Source: an uncultured Cytophagaceae bacterium (GTDB taxonomy: Bacteria > Bacteroidota > Bacteroidia > Cytophagales > Spirosomataceae). From it: 64,000 bases of DNA. The stretch spans positions 6,368 to 70,367 of the forward strand of contig CBINGY010000015.1 of the NCBI GenBank assembly GCA_966250325.1. The letters are read 5' to 3'. The notes beneath the pieces were generated by a model. The model had not been told where the DNA came from. It saw only the letters and a list, made by a program, of their open reading frames with translations, and made no database searches. Shown piece after piece: positions 1-8,708 of this stretch. Numbering within the stretch: position 1 is the stretch's first letter; each line of letters starts with the position of its first letter. Made by a program: the position numbers and the translations under genes.

Positions 1-4
1 GCAG

Positions 5-949
5 GTGGATGGCTACCTAAAAACGACCGGATTTATTTCTCCACATGAAACCATTCTGGAGTATGTAAAAGCCGGTGAAGGCAATATGAATTTTGTGGTT
101 CGTGTCAAAACAAATGAAGGCTCGGTAATTGTAAAGCAATCCAGGCCTTATGTTGAAAAATACCGGTCAATCCCAGCACCTGTGGAGCGAATATTAGTCG
201 AAAAAACCTACTATGAGCTTATCGGGGGACATGCGGTTCTGGCCTCATTTTCTCCTGCTATTTTGGGGTGTGATGAGCTCAATTACACCCTGGTCATGCA
301 GGATTTGGGTAGTGGATCAGACTATCTGGGACTCTACAGCAGAAAGGTAGAAATTACCCAGGAAGAAATAGCCGGCCTCATTCGTTACCTGGTAGCCCTT
401 CATGGGCTTGAAATCAGGGAATTCCCGGCCAATACTGGCATGAAAGTCCTGAATCATGAACATATCTTCAGATATCCTTTTATGGAAGAAAATGGATTTG
501 ACCTGGATCAGATTCAGGGCGGATTGCAGAGGCTGGCCATGAAATACAAAACCGATGAATCACTAAAAAAGCAGATCGAAAAATTAGGCGAAAGGTATTT
601 GTCAACAGGCAATACACTGCTGCATGGTGATTTTTACCCGGGCAGCTGGCTCAAAGTGGCAGAAGGAGTCAAGGTTATTGATCCCGAATTTGCCTATTTG
701 GGCGATCCCGAATTTGATCTGGGCGTAATGATAGCCCATTTGAAAATGGCCGGGCACAGTTTCCGGCCGGTAATTGAAGCCTATGGTTCCGAAAGGTCCC
801 TCAGTGAAAAACTTCTAATAGCTTATGCCGGAGTTGAAATCATGCGAAGGCTGATTGGATTGGCTCAGTTGCCGGTTTCCATGGATATTGAAACGAAAAG
901 AGAAATGTTAGAAGAAGCCTCCGGGATGATTTCGCGGTGGAATAACTGA
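5..949 (+). CDS. MtnK-like (methylthioribose kinase family, APH fold) phosphotransferase; N-terminus may continue upstream of the window
   Basis: The ORF is open from base 2. Blocks EGNMNFVVRV..VKQSRPYVEK, HGDFYPGSW, VIDPEFAYLGDPEFDLG and RRLIGLAQL follow the MtnK pattern as I recall it from B. subtilis MtnK. It is shorter than canonical MtnK. Confidence 0.75.
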   Translation: MDGYLKTTGFISPHETILEYVKAGEGNMNFVVRVKTNEGSVIVKQSRPYVEKYRSIPAPVERILVEKTYYELIGGHAVLASFSPAILGCDELNYTLVMQDLGSGSDYLGLYSRKVEITQEEIAGLIRYLVALHGLEIREFPANTGMKVLNHEHIFRYPFMEENGFDLDQIQGGLQRLAMKYKTDESLKKQIEKLGERYLSTGNTLLHGDFYPGSWLKVAEGVKVIDPEFAYLGDPEFDLGVMIAHLKMAGHSFRPVIEAYGSERSLSEKLLIAYAGVEIMRRLIGLAQLPVSMDIETKREMLEEASGMISRWNN

Positions 950-1069
950 AACCGTTCGTTCTTTTCGTTCATTGGAAACCAAACACGGCTTATTTATCTA
1001 CTTTGAAGAGTCGTTTCTTAAAATTTCCTGTAATTGACCCTTTAAAAAGAACTAATTAACCCCCTTGAA

Positions 1070-1834
1070 ATGAAAAATAAACTTGTAGCCACCCTGCTAT
1101 TTTGTGTGATTGCTCTGGCAGCCCACGCTCAGGGTAGCGGTCTGAAAGCACTGCTATTTACCAAAACAGCCGGCTTCCATCATGAATCCATCAAAGAAGG
1201 TGTAGATGGCATCAAAGCTCTATGTGAGCGGCATTCTATCGCCCTCGACTGGCACGAGATGACCAACGTGTTCTCAGATGAAGGATTGAAGAAATATAAT
1301 GTGGTGATTTTTCTGAACACCACCGGTGATGTATTGAACGACAAAGAGCAGGCGGCATTTGAAAAGTACATACAAAACGGGGGAGGCTGGGTAGGTATAC
1401 ATGCCGCAGCCGATACCGAATACGAGTGGGAGTGGTACACTAAAATGGTGGGCATGATGTTTAAGATTCACCCGGCACAACAAACCGCTTACCTGAATGT
1501 AGTGGACAGCAATTTCCCGGGCATGGGCCGTTTCCCGAAAACGCTGCTCTGGACCGACGAATGGTATGAATATCAGAAACCAGCCCTTACCAAAGATCTG
1601 CACTATCTGGTAACGGTGGATGAGAAAACCTATAATCCTAACACCAAATGGGGCGATAACGAAGGCAAAGGCATGGGAGATTTCCATCCGATGAGCTGGT
1701 ACCATAATTACGACGGTGGCCGGGCATTTTACACGGGTCTGGGCCACATCGGTCGCATTTATTCAGATCAGGTATTTATGGATCACCTGTATGGTGGAAT
1801 TTATTGGGCGGCTACAGGAAAAGGAATCAAATAG
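1070..1834 (+). CDS. ThuA-domain (trehalose-utilisation-like) protein with signal peptide
   Basis: N-terminal signal peptide MKNKLVATLLFCVIALAAHAQ. ThuA-type blocks FLNTTGD and GGGWVGIHAAADTEYEWEWY are present. Confidence 0.8.
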   Translation: MKNKLVATLLFCVIALAAHAQGSGLKALLFTKTAGFHHESIKEGVDGIKALCERHSIALDWHEMTNVFSDEGLKKYNVVIFLNTTGDVLNDKEQAAFEKYIQNGGGWVGIHAAADTEYEWEWYTKMVGMMFKIHPAQQTAYLNVVDSNFPGMGRFPKTLLWTDEWYEYQKPALTKDLHYLVTVDEKTYNPNTKWGDNEGKGMGDFHPMSWYHNYDGGRAFYTGLGHIGRIYSDQVFMDHLYGGIYWAATGKGIK

Positions 1835-1854
1835 AAGCTAAAGCGAAAAGAATT

Positions 1855-2628
1855 ATGAAAAATAAAATCATCCTTGTCTTAGCTTTATTGTCAGTCACGT
1901 TTGCAGCTTCAGCCCAGCGTGGAGGGCAATTCAGGGCCTTACTTTTTTCTAAAACGGCAGGCTGGTATCATTACTCCATTCACAGTGGGGTAGATGCTAT
2001 CAAAGGTCTGGCAGAGCGTCATACGTTTAGTGTTGACTGGGAAGAAAACGAAAGTGTATTCAGTGACAACCGCTTAAAGAATTATCAGGTGGTTATTTTT
2101 CTCAATACCACCGGTGATATTTTAAACGATGAACAGCAGGCGGCTTTTGAACGCTACATAAAAAATGGTGGTAGCTGGGTAGGTGTGCATGCGGCAGCAG
2201 ATACGGAATATCAGTGGGAGTGGTACACCAAACTAGTGGGTATGATGTTCAGAACGCACCCACGTGAACAAACCGCCATGCTTGATATCCTGGACAGGGA
2301 TTTCCCCGGCATGGAACGCTGGGCTACCCGCCAAATCTGGACCGACGAATGGTATCAATACCGCCAGCCGGCACTTCTGGATGACCTGCATTACCTCATC
2401 AAAGTGGACGAAAGTACCTACGATCCTTCCCGAAAATTACGTGATGGCAGCAGCACTCCCGGTATGGGCGATTTTCACCCCATCGCCTGGTATCATGAAT
2501 ACGACGGCGGGCGTGCATTTTATACGGGTCTGGGTCACCTGGATCGCGTATACAAAGACGAGGCCTTCCTGGATCACCTCTATGGCGGCATCTACTGGGC
2601 AGCCACGGGAAAGGGCCTCAAAAAGTAG
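1855..2628 (+). CDS. ThuA-domain protein, tandem paralogue of 1070-1834
   Basis: Start moved to the ATG at 1855 (MKNKIILVLALLSVTFAASAQ signal peptide). It is colinear with the upstream gene (GGSWVGVHAAADTEYQWEWY, GGRAFYTGLGH, LYGGIYWAATGKG). Confidence 0.8.
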   Translation: MKNKIILVLALLSVTFAASAQRGGQFRALLFSKTAGWYHYSIHSGVDAIKGLAERHTFSVDWEENESVFSDNRLKNYQVVIFLNTTGDILNDEQQAAFERYIKNGGSWVGVHAAADTEYQWEWYTKLVGMMFRTHPREQTAMLDILDRDFPGMERWATRQIWTDEWYQYRQPALLDDLHYLIKVDESTYDPSRKLRDGSSTPGMGDFHPIAWYHEYDGGRAFYTGLGHLDRVYKDEAFLDHLYGGIYWAATGKGLKK

Positions 2629-2652
2629 GAACTTGACAAACCCGGACATAGA

Positions 2653-2691
2653 AAACCCTGAAAGTTGCTTCGGCTTTCGGGGTTTGTTTTT
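2653..2691 (+). terminator. Rho-independent terminator after the ThuA pair
   Basis: AAACCCTGAAAG (2653-2664) pairs with CTTTCGGGGTTT (2674-2685), with one G-U pair, followed by a T run. Confidence 0.6.
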
Positions 2692-2717
2692 AAATTGACC
2701 TCAAACCCAAGCAAAAA

Positions 2718-3002
2718 ATGATATCATTAATAGCCACTATCACGGCCAAAGCAGACAAAATTGAAGAGTTGAAAGCAGAATTACTGAAACTCGTGGAACT
2801 TACTACTCAGGAGCCCGGCTGTATTCAGTACATTTTGCATCAGGAAATAGAAAACCCGCAGATTTTCCGGTTTTATGAGCAGTTTAAAGATAAGGAAGCC
2901 TTTGACTTTCATAGTAACCAGCCCTATATCAAAAACAACGCGGCTCGTGTGGCTCTTATGGAGAAGCCTGGGGTGCTCACTTTTTTGACCAAACTGGCAT
3001 AG
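2718..3002 (+). CDS. ABM-domain (YgiN-like) putative monooxygenase
   Basis: 94 aa. The ferredoxin-like ABM pattern is present (IATITAK..EPGCIQY..FYEQFKDKEAFDFH). Confidence 0.75.
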   Translation: MISLIATITAKADKIEELKAELLKLVELTTQEPGCIQYILHQEIENPQIFRFYEQFKDKEAFDFHSNQPYIKNNAARVALMEKPGVLTFLTKLA

Positions 3003-3004
3003 AA

Positions 3005-3036
3005 AAAGCCCCTCCCGAAAACTCAGAAGGGGCTTT
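3005..3036. terminator. Bidirectional terminator hairpin between convergent genes
   Basis: AAAGCCCCT (3005-3013) pairs with AGGGGCTTT (3028-3036). Confidence 0.6.
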
Positions 3037-3055
3037 TAGCCTATATATCTAAACC

Positions 3056-4096
3056 CTAGTTTCTACTACTTCTGCTGCTTCCTGATGAGGATCGGCTGCT
3101 GCTGTTGCTTCCTGAAGAAGACCTGCTGCTGCTTCCGGAGGAACTTCTGCTTGCTGAACTGCTTCTGCTTGAAGAAGTAGAGCCCACGCTGGAAGAAGAC
3201 CTACTGCTTCTGCTTGAAGAAGAAGACCCTACCGCTGAGGATGATCTGCTACCCGAATTACCGCCCACCCGCGATGATGACGGTGAGCCGCTTCTCGAAG
3301 AGGGAGAAGATGATCTTACCGAGGAATCATCGCTGTTTCTGGGAGAGTAAGTTCTGCCTGAGGCTGCAGGTGAGGAGCTTCTGCCCGATGGGCTACTGCT
3401 GCTGCCAGACTCATAGCTTCTGCGGGTGGCGTTTCCTGAAGGAGCCGTGCTGGTGCTTCTTCTGCTGGAGTTATCCACGCGGTTTGCCGGGTCTGTGCGA
3501 TCTCTGCGAATCACATTGTCATCGCTTCTGCCGTCGTATCGGGTTCTGCCGGGAGCATTGCCATTGTTATGGTTGTATCCTTTATGGATGTGATTGTGCA
3601 CATACACATTATGAACCGGCACGTAGTATCTGGGCACATAACCGTATCTCCAGCTACCCCAGCCCAGGCGGTCATAGCGGTAAAAATCCCAGCCGTTGGC
3701 ATACCACCTGTTATACCAGAATGGGTACGAGTTAAAGCCTATATAGACGTTACCAAACCCATAGAAGCGGCGGTCGTAGTCATAAAGTTCTATACCGACA
3801 CGGCGGTTAAGCCACACCACATCATCCCAGATATCGTTTTGCTCCCAGCGGTCATAATTGCCATCGGCCATGTAGGCATATTCCTTTTCCTCTATTCTTT
3901 CCAGCTTTTTATACAGGCGGTTGGCTTCCCAGTTGGTCAGTAGCCCGCTTCTTTCGCCATCAGAGATTCTCAGGCGTACATCCCAGTGCCAGTCGAAATC
4001 CTCGTCGTAGAAGTGCCTGTCATCGTAATATCTTTGAGCGGTAGCGGCAGACACCCCCACTACCATCATAACCAGGATTGCAATTAGCCGTTTCAT
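3056..4096 (-). CDS. Secreted W/Y/R-rich protein (YXWGXW-like motif) with a ~150-aa Ser/Arg low-complexity C-terminal tail
   Basis: Start set at the ATG at 4096 (MKRLIAILVMMVVGVSAATAQ signal peptide). The aromatic-rich core contains LGWGSWRYGY. The tail reads SSSRSSRSSSS... to the stop codon. Confidence 0.75.
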   Translation of the reverse strand: MKRLIAILVMMVVGVSAATAQRYYDDRHFYDEDFDWHWDVRLRISDGERSGLLTNWEANRLYKKLERIEEKEYAYMADGNYDRWEQNDIWDDVVWLNRRVGIELYDYDRRFYGFGNVYIGFNSYPFWYNRWYANGWDFYRYDRLGWGSWRYGYVPRYYVPVHNVYVHNHIHKGYNHNNGNAPGRTRYDGRSDDNVIRRDRTDPANRVDNSSRRSTSTAPSGNATRRSYESGSSSSPSGRSSSPAASGRTYSPRNSDDSSVRSSSPSSRSGSPSSSRVGGNSGSRSSSAVGSSSSSRSSRSSSSVGSTSSSRSSSASRSSSGSSSRSSSGSNSSSRSSSGSSRSSRN

Positions 4097-4196
4097 AGTC
4101 GTAAATTTTAATCGTTTGGTGTTTAGATGCAGAAAGTTGGGCGTGGGTTGTTTACGAGTTGTTAATAATGGATTATCCACCGAAAGTTTTGTATTT

Positions 4197-4320
4197 GGGC
4201 GTGCCCCGTATCACACACAGCAGACCAGCCGCACCGGGTCGGGCTTTCGCTACTCGCCCCATAGCAGTACACAGTCCCAGGCTGCTATGTGGCTCAAACA
4301 GGCCGCTCTATCCCTCACGC
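4197..4320. other. GC-rich (~62% by hand count) non-coding element with a hairpin; possible structured RNA or relic sequence
   Basis: I counted 41/60 and 34/60 G+C in lines 4201-4320, against AT-rich flanks. There is an 8-bp hairpin, CATAGCAG (4260-4267) with CTGCTATG (4282-4289). The ends GCGTG (4199-4203) and CACGC (4316-4320) are complementary. Confidence 0.3.
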
Positions 4321-5526
4321 AGAGAAAGACAGAAGAAATTGAGAGGAAGAAATAATATTCACCTGGATATCATCAAAGATTAAAGATTCTGCTTGATTTA
4401 AGGTTACTATATAACCCTGTTTCAACTTAAAAAAGCGAAGAGCCTCTATCAAGCCATTGATCTCTCTTTCTTTATTGTCAGGGTTTAGAAACTGACACGC
4501 CTGGTAGGCCCCCGTCACCACTTCTTTTTCACGAACGACAAAATCACATTCGCCCTTTTCCTGGAAATAATAAATGGATTCATACCTTTTCCTAAGAGCC
4601 AGAAAGATCATGTTTTCAAATAATCTGCCCGAATCTTCAGAGAAACTCAAGGAGTTAGCCCGGGCAAATGCGGTGTCTATACAATATACCTTTTTAAGAT
4701 TTCTGGTTTGAACTTTTATTGACCAGCTAAACTTTGGTATCGAAAATAAAAGGTACGAATCGTGAAACCAATCCACAAAATTTGCAACCGTATTGGCAGA
4801 TCCTATCCCAAAATTGGCAGCTATCTTATTCAGGGAATAGGTTTTTCCTACATTAGAAATCAGGAAAATTGCCACGTCCATCAATTCCTTGACGTTACGT
4901 ATTCCATACCTTATGGCCACATCCCGATAAACAATATCTCTAAGTAGGTTTTGTAAAATTTCCTCTTTCCCGGTTTTCAAAAATTCAGGAAAACCGCCCG
5001 ATTTCAAATAATAGTTTACAGACTCATCATTGGTAGTCAAGCCCTTAAATAAACAAAACTCTGAAAACGAGAATGGGAAAAGCTCATTTTTGAGATAACG
5101 ACCCGTTAGCCGGGTTCCAAGTTCGCGGCTTAGGAGCGAGGCGTTTGATCCGGTTAGCAATACAGACTTCCTTCGGTCGTGAAGACTACGTACAAATACT
5201 TCCCAATTGGGAATATTCTGGATTTCATCGAAAAAATAGAATTCAATTTCATCACCCAAAATTTCATCAATTTTTATGAGATCAGAAAGTTCAATTCCAA
5301 ATAGGCGAGGATCTTCAAAATTGATAAAAATATGTGTGCCCGTCACTTTTGCCAATATTTGTTTCATTACAGTGCTTTTTCCGGCCCGCCGTATTCCTGT
5401 GATGACTTGAATGAAAGAGCTGTTTGGCAAAATATCGGTTAGAAAATTCCTTATCTGGCCTAGCTCATTATTTTGAAAATCTTGCTTCTGATAGGCAAGG
5501 GCGGTTTTTAATTCCTCTTTCAGCAT
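4315..5526 (-). CDS. AAA+ ATPase of the AAA_14 + DUF4143 type (ATPase with a C-terminal nuclease-like module)
   Basis: Start at the ATG at 5526 (MLKEELK). Walker A is GIRRAGKST and Walker B-like is FYFFDEIQ. The C-terminal GECDFVV block is typical of this family. The gene is AT-rich. Confidence 0.85.
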   Translation of the reverse strand: MLKEELKTALAYQKQDFQNNELGQIRNFLTDILPNSSFIQVITGIRRAGKSTVMKQILAKVTGTHIFINFEDPRLFGIELSDLIKIDEILGDEIEFYFFDEIQNIPNWEVFVRSLHDRRKSVLLTGSNASLLSRELGTRLTGRYLKNELFPFSFSEFCLFKGLTTNDESVNYYLKSGGFPEFLKTGKEEILQNLLRDIVYRDVAIRYGIRNVKELMDVAIFLISNVGKTYSLNKIAANFGIGSANTVANFVDWFHDSYLLFSIPKFSWSIKVQTRNLKKVYCIDTAFARANSLSFSEDSGRLFENMIFLALRKRYESIYYFQEKGECDFVVREKEVVTGAYQACQFLNPDNKEREINGLIEALRFFKLKQGYIVTLNQAESLIFDDIQVNIISSSQFLLSFSA

Positions 5527-5567
5527 AGGCGTATTTATATAATATAAATATATGAAATTATATTTTA

Positions 5568-5575
5568 CAAATATA
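5568..5575 (-). promoter_or_regulatory. Bacteroidota -7 box TATATTTG upstream of the AAA ATPase gene
   Basis: Exact TAnnTTTG match about 40 nt upstream of the ATG at 5526. Confidence 0.4.
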
Positions 5576-5613
5576 CAAAACGGCAAACTACTTATTATAA
5601 GTGTATTATATGC

Positions 5614-7779
5614 CTACCTCCTCTCCACCAAAAACCAGGAATACCCATTGGCTGGTAGTTTTACCTTAAGGGTGGCGGAGTAATTGCGGTTAACTGAAAT
5701 CTGCTGTTTTGTGTTTCCTTTTTCGGTGAAAGTGGCTTTTTCTGAGATGCCTGTATAGTAAAGTGGCACGGCGATTTCCCGCACTATGGGCACATCTGTC
5801 GGGTTAAAGAGCATCAGCAGGCCTTGCTGAGGAAGGGTGGGATTCACATGCAGAAAACCATCCCAGTCGCGGCCATCTGCCCGCCGTAGCTGAATGAGGT
5901 CGGCGTTCAGAATTTCACGGTGATTTTTGTACCAGTTCACCACTTCTTCCACGGCTTTGCGTGTTTCTTCGGTGTCATAAAGCCGCGGGCCCCGGTAGCA
6001 GGCCTGCACACCGGCACCGTAATACTGGATCATGAGCTGCCGGTAATCCTCCAGGTGTTCAGAAAGTGGCTCCAGAATGGCTTCAGGCCCTCCGCCCTGG
6101 TAACGGGTGAGCGGCACAAATCCCCAGCCCATAGCCGGAGTTTTTTCCTGAAAGCCGTCATGGATATTCTGGCGGTTCAGAATTTTTTGCTGCTCCCGGG
6201 AGAGTGAAAAGTTTACCTCGCGGTAGCCCAGGGCTATTTTGTGAGTGCCATCCAGAAAATACCAATCCGGGGCATTGATATAAACCCCACGTTCACTTAG
6301 CCAACGGTACAGGTCTTTTTGAATTTCCATCTGCTGCCACTGGCTATCGTGGAGGTCGCGGTGGCCGGGATGTACCGTGGAAGCACATACATCGCCGGGG
6401 TAGGGCCCGTCATTTTCCCAGATATCAAAGCCCGTGAAGGCAAAAAAGTTTTTGATTTTCTCGCGGTAGGCCAGCCCCCAGCGGCTGCCGAAGCAGGGAG
6501 CATTCCCAAAAAATGCACCGCCAGGTTTTCCTGTTTTGGGGTCGATCACATCATCTTCATCACTGATTCGCCTTGAACTGAAGAGCGAGTAACCGCCCAG
6601 CATAATTCCTTTGCTGTGAGCATATTCTGCCAGTTTTTTCCAGCGGCTCAGATTTGCGAGCGTGGTGTCTTCCATATTGAGGTGACTGCCAAAACTGAGA
6701 ATTACGGCTTCGTAGCCAGTGGCCTGGCATTGGTCAATTGCCGTAGTAACCTCCGCATCATTTTTACTTACCAGATGCATGAAAATGGGATTCTGGAGCG
6801 TCCATGGAGCTACAGTGCGGTACATTTTACGAATCATGAGTCCGCGTCTCTGGCGATCATAGCTGTCCATGAGCAGCTCATGCGTTCGTACCGACTTCAG
6901 AGATTCGCCGGGTTTAAGATCAATATTCGGTGCTTTTTCAGGATAGATTTCAAGCAAACAGGGGGTCTGATAATTGTAATTCACCTGTGAAGTGTAGCTG
7001 GAGTCGGTTTTCCAGTGGGTGGTTTGGTCGCTCAGGTCATACCGCATGGCGTTGTTGAAAGCGTAATTGGTTTCTACATAGAGCCCGTGTTGCTTTTTCA
7101 TTTCTTCGGGGCTGCCCACCACAGCAGATTCCTCCTCTACCAGTCCCAGAATTTCATTGACCATCCGATCTATGCGAAACGTATGGGCAGCGTTGTTTTT
7201 GATTTCCAGCCATTTGACCAGCAACGGAATACCTTCATAAATTTCATAATGAACATCCACCGTAAGACCCGAAAATACAGGTTCGTCAGAAATAAAACGA
7301 AACACCAGATCTTTTCCTTTGACCGGATTAACTTCAGGATGCCAGGCTCTGGCCTTCCAGTTCACAAATTGTTTTAACTCTTTTATTTCAAAGGATTTGT
7401 ACTTAAAATCAGCTTCCCCGGCTCGTAAACCAGGAATCCACTCCGGTTTAAAATAGGCCATTTCCGTTTGACCGTTCAGCCCACCAATGTTGTATTCTTG
7501 CCCATTGATGCTCAGGCGTGCTTCGGGTTTTATGGCCCGTATGAGCTGCTGCCCGTTACTCAGGTTTTGAAAATCGAAACAGGCGAGATTGGGAGCGAGA
7601 ATAAACCGACGTTTCAGCAGCCCGTTGTTTATTTCCAGAATTTCTGCATTTTGAATTATTTCAACAGGTTTTTCATAGGAATTGACCAGCCAGTCGGTTT
7701 TTTGATCATACTCCTGCTGGGCAAAACAGAAATACAGCGAGCCAAGGGTGAAAATGAAAGAAAGAAAAGAAGATTTCAT
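5614..7779 (-). CDS. Secreted glycoside-hydrolase-like protein (TIM-barrel-like central region; family not assignable by eye)
   Basis: 721-aa ORF with a signal peptide (MKSSFLSFIFTLGSLYFCFAQ). The functional call is weak. Confidence 0.6.
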   Translation of the reverse strand: MKSSFLSFIFTLGSLYFCFAQQEYDQKTDWLVNSYEKPVEIIQNAEILEINNGLLKRRFILAPNLACFDFQNLSNGQQLIRAIKPEARLSINGQEYNIGGLNGQTEMAYFKPEWIPGLRAGEADFKYKSFEIKELKQFVNWKARAWHPEVNPVKGKDLVFRFISDEPVFSGLTVDVHYEIYEGIPLLVKWLEIKNNAAHTFRIDRMVNEILGLVEEESAVVGSPEEMKKQHGLYVETNYAFNNAMRYDLSDQTTHWKTDSSYTSQVNYNYQTPCLLEIYPEKAPNIDLKPGESLKSVRTHELLMDSYDRQRRGLMIRKMYRTVAPWTLQNPIFMHLVSKNDAEVTTAIDQCQATGYEAVILSFGSHLNMEDTTLANLSRWKKLAEYAHSKGIMLGGYSLFSSRRISDEDDVIDPKTGKPGGAFFGNAPCFGSRWGLAYREKIKNFFAFTGFDIWENDGPYPGDVCASTVHPGHRDLHDSQWQQMEIQKDLYRWLSERGVYINAPDWYFLDGTHKIALGYREVNFSLSREQQKILNRQNIHDGFQEKTPAMGWGFVPLTRYQGGGPEAILEPLSEHLEDYRQLMIQYYGAGVQACYRGPRLYDTEETRKAVEEVVNWYKNHREILNADLIQLRRADGRDWDGFLHVNPTLPQQGLLMLFNPTDVPIVREIAVPLYYTGISEKATFTEKGNTKQQISVNRNYSATLKVKLPANGYSWFLVERR

Positions 7780-7826
7780 ATGGAGCCGGGGTAAATGAAG
7801 GGTTTTGGCGAAGATACAAATTCCCG

Positions 7827-8708
7827 CTATTTCCCAATCATAAGAACACCTGCAAGAACCAACAGAGAGCCGAAGAGTTCCTGAATAGAAAGGGTTTCGC
7901 CCAGGAATAAATAGGCCAGGGCGATGGTAGAAACCGGCCCGATACTGGCCACAATAGAGGCCCGGCCCGCTCCCAGCAGTCTGATTCCCTCCATAACCAG
8001 AAAAGTAGGTATCAGAGTACTTATAACAGCCAGTGCGATGCCATACAGATGTACGCCCACAGGCAGATTGCTAAGCTCCACATTTGATACCGCTGCAAAA
8101 TGAATGAGCACATAGAGAGAAGAGAGAATAAGGCTGATGCTGTTGAAATTGACCGAGCCATATTTTTTAATCATTTCACCACCAAAAACCAGATATAGAG
8201 CGTAAGTTATGGCTGAAATCAGAATGAGAGTGCCTCCTTTGAGGAAATCGGGTGCCTCAAAAATGCGGGGCTCGGCTGCAATCACCGCAATACCCAGGTA
8301 AGTAATCAGCAATGCGGCCATTGCACGTTTGCCGATCTTTTTGCCCAGAAAAATGCGGGAGAAGAGCACCACAAGGGTTGGATAAATAAAAAGAATGATT
8401 CGCTCCAGTCCGGCCGAAATGTACTGCAAACCCCGGAAATCAAACCAGCTGGCCAGGTAGTAACCCAGCATAGAGAGCAGGGCGATCCAGCCCCAGTCTA
8501 TGGGTTTGATGGACTGCAGATGACCTTTTTGGTATCTCCAAAATGCTATACCAACAAAGAATGGCAGGGCGTATGCAAACCGAAGAGTTAGCAAGGTGAT
8601 ATCGTCAACTGCAAAGGAGGCGTATGCCAGTTTAACAAAAATGGCTTTGGCCGAAAAGCAGATGGCTCCCAATGCCACAAAGAATACACCTTTTTGCGTT
8701 TGATTCAT
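7827..8708 (-). CDS. DMT-superfamily (EamA-type) transporter
   Basis: 293 aa with about 10 hydrophobic helices and a duplicated EamA-like architecture. Confidence 0.85.
   Translation of the reverse strand: MNQTQKGVFFVALGAICFSAKAIFVKLAYASFAVDDITLLTLRFAYALPFFVGIAFWRYQKGHLQSIKPIDWGWIALLSMLGYYLASWFDFRGLQYISAGLERIILFIYPTLVVLFSRIFLGKKIGKRAMAALLITYLGIAVIAAEPRIFEAPDFLKGGTLILISAITYALYLVFGGEMIKKYGSVNFNSISLILSSLYVLIHFAAVSNVELSNLPVGVHLYGIALAVISTLIPTFLVMEGIRLLGAGRASIVASIGPVSTIALAYLFLGETLSIQELFGSLLVLAGVLMIGK

Noticed and set aside
1804-1854. N-terminal extensions in the ORF track. Examples are 1804, 4180, 5586, 8883, 11702, 25628, 26736, 30530, 33552, 37302, 38435, 38555, 45572, 47274, 57026 and 59863.
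   Set aside because: In each case an internal ATG yields a canonical N-terminus (signal peptide, lipobox, Tat motif or conserved family start). The extension overlaps the upstream gene or a terminator. Starts were moved accordingly.
3105-3943. Plus-strand ORFs (81, 173 and 124 aa; for example LLLLPEELLLAELLLLEE...) opposite the Ser/Arg-tail gene.
   Set aside because: They mirror the low-complexity and aromatic-rich coding strand. They have no start context or signal and only homopolymer-like composition. The minus-strand gene has a signal peptide and a coherent domain layout.
4197-4320. I tested the GC-rich element by eye against SRP (4.5S) RNA, 5S rRNA, tRNA/tmRNA 3' ends and the cobalamin, ZTP, glycine and c-di-GMP riboswitch cores.
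   Set aside because: Only trivial similarities appeared (CUGUUU, AGCAGCC, GAGUAG). None of the invariant cores is present (GGAAGCAG-type SRP loop, T-arm GTTCGAATC, B12 box). I therefore give it no named RNA class.
4116-4383. Two overlapping + strand ORFs (79 and 74 aa) across the GC-rich element.
   Set aside because: They exist only because GC-rich sequence lacks stop codons. They overlap each other in different frames and run into the 3' end of the AAA gene. The region is treated as non-coding.
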